Origin: Eledone cirrhosa
Taxonomy: Eukaryota
Assembly (NCBI GenBank): GCA_964016885.1
Contig: OZ024740.1
Location: forward strand, 17,298,001-17,362,000
Reading direction: 5' to 3'
DNA length: 64,000 nucleotides
The notes below the pieces were generated by a model. It worked only from the letters and a program-made list of their open reading frames with translations. It made no database searches and was not told where the DNA came from. The first letter of the stretch is position 1; each line of letters begins with the position of its first letter. Shown in pieces: positions 40,990-50,242 of the stretch. The translations under genes were made by a program, and so were the position numbers.

Positions 40990-41214
40990 AATAATGATTT
41001 CTACTATAGGCACAAGGCCAGCAATTTTTGGGGGGGAGGGGAAAGTCGATTAAATCGACCCCAAGGCATTACTGGTACTTTATTTTATCGACCCCTTAAG
41101 GATGAAAAGCAAAGTTAACCTCAGCTGGATTTGAACTCAGATCATAAAGGGAGGTAACTCTATGCTGCAAAGTATGGTGTTCGACCCTCTACCGATTCTG
41201 CCAATCCACTGCCC
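40990..41214 (-). mobile_element. SINE family A, full length, long form
   Basis: Minus strand starts GGGCAGTGGATTGGCAGAATCGGTAGAGG, then B-box GAGTTCAAATCC, core and tail. Confidence 0.9.
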
Positions 41215-41400
41215 TAATAATAATAATAATTGTTTCTACTTTTGGCACAAGGCCAGCAATTATCCCAGTACATTACTGGTACTTTATTTTATCGACCCCG
41301 TAAGGATGAAAGGCAAAGTTAACCTCGGCGGGATTTGAACTCAGAAAGGCAAAGGTCGTAACTCTATACGTCAAAGCATACTGCCGATACTGCCAATCCA
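41215..41400 (-). mobile_element. SINE family A, short form, tandem to previous copy
   Basis: Near-identical to the reverse complement of 42261-42448, flanked by (TAA)n. Confidence 0.9.
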
Positions 41401-41521
41401 TAATAATAATAATGATCATACAAGTGTTTCAAGTCAATTTTCCCTGCTAGAGCAGGTGTTAGCCTTGTGGATCCCATGGCGAGTTTCATACTCATCATGA
41501 GGTTCTATTTAAGACAATGTT

Positions 41522-41665
41522 TTATAGTTTAGTGGTTAGAGTATTGGGCTTACAATTGTGAGGTTGTAAGTTCGATACCTTGACCAGGCAATGGGTCATG
41601 TCCTTGAGCAAGATACTTTATTTCAAGTTGCTCCAATTTACTCAGCTGTAGAAATGAGTTGTGAT
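41522..41665 (+). mobile_element. tRNA-derived SINE family B
   Basis: TAGTTTAGTGGTTAG A-box, GTTCGATAC B-box, GTCCTTGAGCAAGATACTTTATTTCA core. Homologous to 48380-48650. Confidence 0.75.
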
Positions 41666-41764
41666 GTCACTGGTGTATTGGCCTTTATCTTTTCCTTGGA
41701 CAACTTTGGTGGCATGGAGAGGGAAACTGCAACTCTTGCACAAAAACACTTGCCCAGACTTGTA

Positions 41765-41884
41765 TCTCTGGTGCTGTTTCATTTACCTCTTATGACACAC
41801 ACAGATACCAGTACCTATTCTAAATCTCTGGTGCTGTTTCATTTACCTCTATGACACACACAGATACCAGTACCTATTCTAAAT
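41765..41884. repeat. 60-bp tandem duplication
   Basis: TCTCTGGTGCTGTTTCATTTACCTCT(T)ATGACACACACAGATACCAGTACCTATTCTAAA twice. Confidence 0.9.
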
Positions 41885-42163
41885 CAGATATACACAGCAG
41901 TTCTATCTATAATAATATTAATTGGAGTAAATATTTTCTAAATAAGTCAATATTTCCACATGTAAGGTTTAGCAAAAGGCTCAATGAAAAAAAGCAAGCC
42001 TTACAATTTCAGAGTGATAATATAAGAAATTCAGTAGAATGTGAGAGTATATCTACATATGCTATAAACACAGGTCTATGTCTAGGATGATATAAGCAAT
42101 TTGTATATATTTGAATATATATATGTATATTGCATTTTTTTTTTTACTTGTAATTTTGGTTAA

Positions 42164-42565
42164 CCCTTTAAACATTACTCTATTAAATTTTCACGGTAAA
42201 GAATTTGTCTCACATATGGAATCTATGATATTTTGATGATGTTATTATTTATTTTGAGAAGGGCGGTGGATTGGCAGTATCAGTAGAGGATCAGACGCCA
42301 TGCTTTGCAGCAAAGAGTTACGGCCCTTTATGGTCTGAGTTTAAATCCCGGCGAGGTTAACTTTGCCTTTCATCCTTATGGGGTCGATAAAATAAAGTAC
42401 CAGTAATACACTGGGATAATTGCTGGCCTTGTGCCAAAAGTAGAAACAATTATTTATTTTGAGAACAATACCTTAATGTCAGTATGAGTGGCTGGTTATG
42501 GCCGGTTTGAACAGAAAGAGGTGAGAGAATTCTGGCCAGATATGGCCAGTTTAAATGCTAAAGGG
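42164..42565. mobile_element. piggyBac-like MITE (TTAA target duplication, CCCTTTA TIRs) interrupted by a SINE
   Basis: TTAA|CCCTTTAAACATT at 42160 and AATGCTAAAGGG|TTAA at 42566-42569. Confidence 0.75.
42261..42448 (+). mobile_element. Full-length SINE family A with 17-bp TSD
   Basis: ATTATTTATTTTGAGAA at 42244-42260 and 42449-42465. A-box-like TGGCAGTATCAG, B-box-like GAGTTTAAATCC. Confidence 0.92.
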
Positions 42566-43045
42566 TTAAATAATTTTATATTATTGTGTGTGTGTGTGTG
42601 TGTAATACATGTTTGTCTTTTCAACTTTTTCAATGCCAACAACATGCTCCCTTTCAACTTTAGTGTCTCTCTCTGGAAAGATTTCTACTTAAAGGTTTGA
42701 CTGAATGATAGATCTTTCTCCCCTACTCCACACCACAATACTGCCTGTACACACTCACAAACACATACACCACAGTCTAAAAGTGTTGTTGGTCCAGTAT
42801 AGAAGATTCATTTAGGGATGCAAGTCAGGGTTTGTTTTACCCTGACTGTGGGTCATGTGGGTTAGCTTGGCAAATGAATCTGTCAAGAGACCCCAAATAC
42901 CTAATTGACTCCAGTCCACATCATTGATGATGTGGACCAGAACATACACAAGATCTATCTTGTACATAGAAGATTATAGTAACATTTCTAGAATAACATT
43001 TAATATTTCGACCAACACACATGCGCGTGCACACACATTTACAGA

Positions 43046-43213
43046 CAATGGCAGACCTACATTTTTGGGGCTTCTGTAGCTTGAACTTTTATTAGGACCT
43101 TTTTGAAACCTGGAGGAGCTCCAGAAGCAAACCCAAAGTTGTTTCTGGGGCCCCTTTGGGACTAAAGGTGCTGAAGCTTAAACTACATTAGTTTCATGGT
43201 AGATTTACCACTG
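43046..43213. mobile_element. Possible decayed hAT-like MITE
   Basis: Imperfect terminal inverted repeat CAATGGCAGACCTAC / GTAGATTTACCACTG (11/15). Confidence 0.35.
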
Positions 43214-43462
43214 CATACAGCCAAATATGCCTGTGTATGTGTGTATTTGTGAGATATCCCCTGTACTATTTAAAATTCCCCCTTTTGTCCTTATTATTCT
43301 CAGAAGTTTATCATTATATATCTATCTATATATATCTCACATATTTTATAATAATACTAATAGTAATGTAGTGAAACTTCAAGCAATAACCATCTTAGTT
43401 TAGCTTCATCTCATAAATTTTGTCATCTTTCAATTTTTTTGTTGTTTATTTTTGTTTTTTAG

Positions 43463-44257
43463 GCCATGATGGAAGGTCGGCTTTTGCCTGGAGCTGTCTT
43501 GCCTGATAAAATATCACCCAGCAGCAACAGCAGCAGTACGACTGCCAGTTCTACAAATGTAAGAACTGTTGCAGAATCCCAAACAACAACAACTACTACT
43601 ACTGAGACTACATCTATTACTAACTCCACCCTTTTTGGACAGGATCATTCTACCACGCTCAAAGATACCTTCTGGAAGGATCTGGAGGAAGGAAAAGTTG
43701 ACTTATTTGAAACTGATATGTATTCAAAGGTGAAGGCACAGGGGCGAGCATCACGGCCCAAGTCTTTTAAAAATGCTTTTAATAAACAATCAGAGCGATT
43801 GCGTGGAACAAACAGTTCTCAATCGCCAAAGAAATCTTCGTCAAAAGGAAATCGTAAACAGAAGATTCTCGCAAAATATTATTCTCAGAGACGGCGAACT
43901 AATAGCCATAACCATTTACGAAAGTCTTCTGATAAGACTCAGTATTCATATGGAGTGAGAAATGAAATGTCTAACATTGGGGGTAGAAAATGTGATGATA
44001 ATAAATTAACGGAACGTATTCCACATGCGGATAAGTTTTCCGAGCATGACTGGAGCTACAGTGATGCAACAAGCCCGGCTGTCATGAAGACATGTGATCT
44101 CAATATTATGGACTGTGATAAAAAATCTAGCATATCTTACTTAAAAGAGGAGGACTGTTCTGATGAGTTTATATGCCAAGGGACGATTAATGAACAAAGT
44201 TCTCAGGGATGTCATCAAAGCCCACCAACAAAAGAAAATCTATCAGCCAATGAACAG
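43463..44257 (+). CDS. 795-nt coding exon (265 aa, Ser/Thr/Lys-rich, probably disordered, basic NLS-like stretch) of an unidentified gene
   Basis: Long T-rich tract and TAG|GCC ATG acceptor, donor CAG|GTAAAG, open frame throughout, phase 0-0. Non-repetitive, more complex sequence than the flanks. Confidence 0.85.
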
Positions 44258-44419
44258 GTAAAGAAGGCTTCACTCCATTAGGATTCTTATTCTGTTCTTC
44301 TTCATTTTTATTTTATTCTTTCATTCCTTATTCTTCCTATTTTTACATCTTTATTCCTTCTATTTAATTTCATTCTCATAGATCATGTCTGAAAAATATT
44401 TCTCCATTCACAAATAAAC

Positions 44420-44828
44420 AAACAGTATCAGTGTTGTGTTGAAGAGAGAGAGAGGGGGGAGGGGGAGAAAGGATCAAGTACTGTGTAGTTACTTGACATC
44501 AGTGTTGTGAAGAGAGAGAGAGGGGATCAGGTACTATGTAGTTACTTGACATGGTGAATATAACAGCTAAATCTCCTTCAATAAACAGTATCAGTGTTGT
44601 GAAGAGAGAGAGAGAGAGGGGATCAGGTACTATGTAGTTACTTGACATGGTGAATATAACAGCTAAATCTCCTTCAATAAACAGTATCATTGTTGTGAAG
44701 AGAGAGAGAGGGGATCAGGTACTATGTAGTTACTTGACATGGTGAATATAACAGCTAAATCTCCTTCAATAAACAGTATCAGTGTTGTGAAGAGAGAGGG
44801 GGGATCAGGTACTATGTAGTTACTTGAC
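44420..44828. repeat. ~92-96-bp minisatellite with variable (GA)n, ~4.5 copies
   Basis: AAACAGTATC at 44420, 44583, 44679 and 44771. GGATCAGGTACTATGTAGTTACTTGAC is repeated. Confidence 0.92.
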
Positions 44829-44973
44829 TGGGAGATCAATGAAATAAAATAGCTGTCCAGAGTGAATTGATTGGATGAGATACCTTGCAGTATTTATTCC
44901 AGCTTTTTATGTCCCAAGTTGAAATCCCATTGTGGCCTACTTGGGTTGTAGATTTTATCCTCAACCAGTTTAA

Positions 44974-45445
44974 CTCTTTTGATACCAATCCTCCCAAAAT
45001 TACCTCTGTTTTTATGAAAGAAACCCACTCGTTTTAAAGAATCCCTACTTGAATTAGAACTTCCTACATAATTTTAAATAACATCTTATGTTACAAATAC
45101 CATCTTAATGGAATTATATTTTTAGTAAATCTTTCCCAAATTCTTTATTAAGCTGGAATGGCTCTTCCAATGTGTCTCCCTCACCTTCCTCCAGGGAAAT
45201 GCCTTCTCTATTCTGTACGCCAGGGCTGCGGGCTGGCCGACGAGTAGGCTCCCTCTTGCATGAGGAGAGCACGAGAGATGGAGGCAGGGAGTGAAAAAGA
45301 GAGAGAACATCAATGCAAACATGAAATAATTTTCTGAAGCTATTATCACATGGCAAATATTGCAAAAACAATAACTAGAGCCATTTCAAATACCAAAATT
45401 AATTAAAATAGTAAATATTTCATTAGAAATGTGGTAAGGAAAGGG
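44974..45445. mobile_element. Degenerate piggyBac-like MITE
   Basis: TTAA|CTCTTTTGATACCA ... TGGTAAGGAAAGGG|TTAA (TIR 10/14). Confidence 0.5.
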
Positions 45446-45546
45446 TTAAACCTCTCTTGCGAGTATTTGGGAGGGGTCTCTAATTAGTGTAACTTGTGCC
45501 CTTCCTGAGTAAACAGAAAAATAAAGAAAGCAAAAAGCCTCCAGCA

Positions 45547-45660
45547 TTGTTGACAATATGAGGGTCATCTCCAATATTGGTGACAATATGAGGGTCATCT
45601 GTTGACAATATGGGGGTCATCTGTTGACAATATGGGGGTCATCCAGCTATAGTTGACATG
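45547..45660. repeat. Short tandem repeat TGTTGACAATATG(A/G)GGGTCATC, ~4.5 copies
   Basis: Direct inspection. Confidence 0.8.
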
Positions 45661-45939
45661 CCCAAAATGTCTGTACACAGCAAGTTACAACCTAAGCTAC
45701 CTGTCTAGAAGGGCATGAATTCCTAATTTGAACTGAGAGAGGAACCAATAGGCCTCCTTACGTGGGGTAACATTTGATGACTTTGACAACCTATTCAACC
45801 CATGCCAGCATGAAAAAAATGATGATGATTCAACAGGGTTACTACTATTTCTGTTGTGGTCTCCTACAGTTCAACAGAGAAACCACAAATTTCCTGTAAT
45901 GACATTAGAGGTCAAAGGTCACATCAATATACTAATTTG

Positions 45940-46396
45940 CTACTATTACCATTGCACCTGCTCTTACTACACCTACTACCACTACTGTTACTACTACTAC
46001 ACCTGCTACTACCACCACTGCTGTTGCTGTTGCTCTACTACTGCAGCTACTATTACCACCACCACCAACACTACTACTACTACACTTGCTACTGTTACTA
46101 CTACTACTACTACAGCTGCTGCTAATATTACAATTTCTACCACCACATTTACTGCAAGTACTACTTGTTAGTAAGTACTTGCAGTACTATTACTGTTTAC
46201 TACTAACTACCAACTACTACAACTGCTACTTGAACCACCACTACTACCAGCTCCACCATCACTACCACCACCACCACCATGACCACCACCACCACCATGA
46301 CCACAAACACTACCATCATCACCACCACCACTACCATCACCACCACCACCACTGCCACTACCACCACCACCATCAAGTCCACCACCACCACCACCA
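45940..46396. repeat. (ACT)/(ACC) low-complexity tract
   Basis: Imperfect trinucleotide repeats. Confidence 0.9.
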
Positions 46397-46699
46397 GGAC
46401 GAGAGGCTAAGTCAACCTTGGTGCTATTTCAACTCTGTCCTCTGCTGAAACAAATACTGTCTTTAAACTCCTAACATCTCTGCCAATTTGCTGCTTTGTC
46501 TATCTTGGACTACATTATCTGATGTGACCGTACCTCTGTTAACCACCTACCATATTTATGACTTTGTCTATCTCGGACTACATTATCTGATGTGACCTTA
46601 CCTCTCTTAACTACCTACTATATTTCTTATGAAATACTCAGCCTATAATTTTCAATTAATTTTTAAAATAATCAAAAATGTAATTAACATTCTTTATAT

Positions 46700-46904
46700 T
46701 GCAAGTGTAAGCTGAAAAGTCCGTAGGCTGACCAAGATACTCTCATGGAATGACCAAATGAGGTTTATTTTTCAACATAGTCCCTGGAAAGATACAATGC
46801 ATGGTTATTAAAATGAAGAATTGAAATTAATGCATGCAAGATTTCACAGCTCTAGCATCGCTTCTTCATAGTCAGCCTATAATTAACTTTTCAGCCGACC
46901 CTCA
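46700..46904. mobile_element. Tc1/mariner-like MITE remnant
   Basis: GCTGAAAAGTCCGTAGGCTGAC on the left is inverted relative to GTCAGCCTAT...AACTTTTCAGCCGACCCTC on the right. Internal TTTTTCAACATAGTCCC is typical of mariner 5' ends. Confidence 0.6.
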
Positions 46905-47399
46905 CAAGCTGGTTCTAAGTACATCACTTATAGAAATGTTCTTACAACAAAATTGTGATGGGAGGTGTAAAATTAAACATGAGCTCTGGGAAGCAAATGG
47001 TTGTTCTTCATAGAAGCAGTTGCTATCAAAATAGTTAAAGATGGAAGTATATGTGGGATTTGAGGGAGATTTGACTGCTATTTCTAGCAATTTGACCACG
47101 TAGCAGCCTCATAACTAGTTTTGTTTTTTTGTTGTGCTTTAGCCCTGGGTTAGTCCTAATCCAGCAAACTTATGATCAAACATATCCCATCTTTTACTCA
47201 AATATAATGAAAGTATCTCAAGCTACATTCTTTGATATTGTAGGGTGCTATTTGAAGAGAATTTGGCTGCTATTTCTAGCAGATCAAACAACCATAGTGT
47301 AGCCATTGAAAGCTTTTCAACATGGCTGTATCAATAATATTGATTGATAAAGGCTGTATCAATAATATTGATTGATGTTATATTTATTTTGTTGTGTGT

Positions 47400-48022
47400 A
47401 TTAGTTGTAGTAGTTATGGAAGAAGTAGTAATAGTTGTGGTGGTAGTGTTGGTAGTAGTAGTGGTTGTGGTGGTAGTGGTTGTAGTAATGGTGGTAGTAG
47501 TGGTAATAGTTGTAGTGGTTGTAGTAGTTGTGGTGGTGGTAGTGTTTATGTATTTGTAACAGTAGTAGTAATAGTGGTGGTGATAGTGTTTATGTTGTGG
47601 TGGTGATGAAAGTGTTGGTGGTGGGGTGGCAGGAGTGATGTTTATATAGTGCTTGTAGTGTTGGTGGTGGTGTTTAGGCAGTGGTAGGAATGGTAGCAGT
47701 GGTGGCTATGGTTGATGTTTATATTGTGGGAGGTGGGGTAGGGGGATAATAGTGGCAGTTGTAGTGGTGGTGGTGGTAGTGTTTATGTAGTAGTGATGGT
47801 ATTTATGTAGTAGTAGTGGTGGTGGTGGTAGTGTTATGTTGTGGTGGTGTTGGTAGTGTTTATGTAGTGGTGGTGGTAGTGTTATGTTGTGGTGGTGGTG
47901 GTAGTCTTTATGTAGTAGTGGTGGTCGTGGTAGTGTTATGTAGTGATGGTGGTGTTTATATAGTAATGGTGGTGGTGGTAGTGTTTATGTAGTAGTGGTG
48001 GAGGTGGTAGTGATGGTGATAG
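47400..48022. repeat. (GTA)/(GTG) low-complexity tract
   Basis: Imperfect trinucleotide repeats with GTGTTTATGTAG sub-units. Confidence 0.9.
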
Positions 48023-48294
48023 TTCACAGTGTATGCAATAACACTAGAATCAATGGAGGCAGACAGACAGACTAGTATGAAAGTGTTGAGGGAGGAGGTA
48101 GGAAGCCAGGCAGTGTTAGTATGAGGTAGACAAGAGTGGTGTATATTTATGGAAGAGACATCCTGTTCAGGGATTGTTTGCTTATCTTATGACACAGGCC
48201 CTTCCTTGACAGGGTCTCTCTGTCCCCTTCCTCAGCCCTTCTACCCATACCTCATATAAAGAACAGGAGGTAGAGGAAGGTACAAGACAAATGA

Positions 48295-48872
48295 TTTTAA
48301 TTTAGGCACAAGGCCAGCAATTTAAGGGAGAGCAGGAGTGGGAATCTATTATATACACCCCAGTACTTTACTAGTTGTGGTGGTGCATGGCCCAGTGGTA
48401 AGGGTGTTGGACTTATGATCATAATGTCATGCGTTCGATTCCTGGACTGGGTTGCGTGATGTTTTCTTGAGCAAAACACTTATTTCACATTGCTCCAGTA
48501 TACTCAGCTGAAAATGAGTACCAGCAATATCTGTGGGTTTAACTAGTGTCCTGTTCAGGGGGAAGTCTTGTACTATAAGTTGCTTCATGCCATGGAAACC
48601 AGGATAAGCACCATACTGAGCTTGAGACAGACTTTAGACTAAACTTTGGAGACTTTACTGGTGCTTTATCACCACACCCCTCCCCCTCCGGTTATCACCC
48701 CACACCTCACTTTATCCCCTCCCCCTCTGGTTATCACCCACACCCCGCTTTATTACCCCCCCTTCCTTTTGGATTGGTGAAAGGCAAAGTTGACTTCGTT
48801 CAGATTTGAACTCAGAACGTAAAGGGTCATAACTAAATGCTACAAAGCATTTCATTGAATGCTCTACTGATC
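48295..48872 (-). mobile_element. Family A SINE split by a family B SINE
   Basis: Tail half GGCACAAGGCCAGCAATTT..CCCCAGTAC at 48295-48375. Head half GAAAGGCAAAGTTGAC..GATTTGAACTCAGAAC at 48778-48872. Confidence 0.75.
48380..48651 (+). mobile_element. tRNA-derived SINE family B, nested
   Basis: TGGCCCAGTGGTAAG A-box, GTTCGATTCC B-box. Approximate TSD ACTTTACT(A/G)GT at 48365 and 48652. Confidence 0.8.
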
Positions 48873-49309
48873 CACCACAAGACAAATAGAAATTATATTA
48901 AGGAATTCAAACTGTGGTGACATCAGAAGTTTAGTCCCAGGTCAATACTGATCCACAAGATTGAAAATCAAAGGTGTTCTAACCATGACCATCCCCTGTT
49001 TGTAGTCATGTAGTAAGACTGATGATATGTAATCTGTCTTATATTATGTAATGTCTTTTTAAACTGAAATTTGATTGCTATTTTGCTGCTACTTCTAGCA
49101 GGTTGATTGACCATGTAGGGACTTTGGTGAGTCACTCCTGGTGTCATAATGGTCTCTTAATGAGAGGAGGATAAATAAAAGGTAGAGGTAGGGGTAATAA
49201 AAAGGTTCTCTCTCAGATACTGAGAGCTAGAAGTTGCGCTCAACCACACAAATCACTGTATAGTTAATTTTTTTTTTTTGTTTTATATAACATTTTTTCC
49301 ACTGTTTAG

Positions 49310-49346
49310 CCATCACCCTTTCCTCCCTGACATGAGAAGAAGGAAT
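49310..49346 (+). CDS. Candidate 37-nt exon with U12-type donor
   Basis: Strong T-rich tract and TTTAG| acceptor, donor AAT|GTATCCTT. Open only in phase 2 (HHPFLPDMRRRN); phase 0 reads PSPFPP*. Confidence 0.5.
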
Positions 49347-49357
49347 GTATCCTTAAA

Positions 49358-49576
49358 ATAATAATAATAATAATGAAATTATTGTGTACAGTGCTCAAGT
49401 GCAATACAACTCATCAAAGGTGCATGTATAGTACATAGAATAATATACAAATATCAGGGAAGTGAACAGTGTATGAGTCATGATATACATGTGTGTGTGT
49501 GTGTGTGTATGGAGGGGGAATATTAGGTGTAGTGTTGGCGAATCTCTGGAAGCATGGAAGTTTTAAAGGATGCAGA
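49358..49576 (-). mobile_element. Probable LINE 3' end (CR1/Jockey-like) with (ATT)n tail
   Basis: Minus strand reads ASFKTSMLPEIRQHYT*, followed by a UTR with (CA)n and an (ATT)n tail. Confidence 0.45.
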
Positions 49577-50242
49577 CCTTTACTCTGAAGACCTCACTCA
49601 AATACAGCAACCAAGTGGACTCCAGGGACCATGTGATGTATTAACACTTTTGATACCAATCTGAATAAAATCAGCGAAAGTTTTTATTAACAATATAACC
49701 ATTAAGCCTGCAAGGAAGTTTCTAAAAATAGCAGCTAAATCAGACCAGTAGATAGTATCAGCAATGGAAAGACCAATGGAAACATTGTTTCCTTGGTCTG
49801 ATCTGACGAGGTCCACCCCACTTGGCAAGGGAATGAGGTCTGGGGTCTTGTCGATCAGAGAAAGCGAGATATTTGTAGAGGTTTACTTCCTCATTGTTGA
49901 GTTGGTGTTTCAAACACAGCTTGTCAAGGGTTCTTACATAAAATTATGATGGAGGGTTTATATATAAATATATACACTTAAAAATACAGACAATTTTGTA
50001 TTAGAGAACTGAGGAGGGGATGGGGGATTGAAACGAGTTAGATATTCTGTTGAAAGTAGAATAGGATGGTCTTCGCTGTAAATTCTTCAATTATAGTTCT
50101 ACTGGGTCTGAGTTGACAACATTACCTCACGAAAATAATATTGCAGCACTCTATTAGGAAACATGTTTCCCAATTCTTGATATTCACAGATAGAAAACCC
50201 AGTCATGCTCTAAATACATCATCTATAGTAATACCACATTGA

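Noticed and set aside
43466-44281. Single-exon 271-aa gene as given in the ORF track
   Set aside because: A strong acceptor lies 3 nt before the ATG and a CAG|GTAAAG donor lies before the stop, so an internal exon fits better.
37967-47606. Poly-His, poly-Val, poly-Thr and poly-Asp ORFs at 38.0-38.5, 45.9-46.4 and 47.3-47.6 kb
   Set aside because: These are trinucleotide low-complexity tracts open in several frames, without splice signals.
41522-48460. tRNA genes at ~41525 and ~48385
   Set aside because: A/B boxes are present, but there is no intact cloverleaf and each continues into a SINE body.
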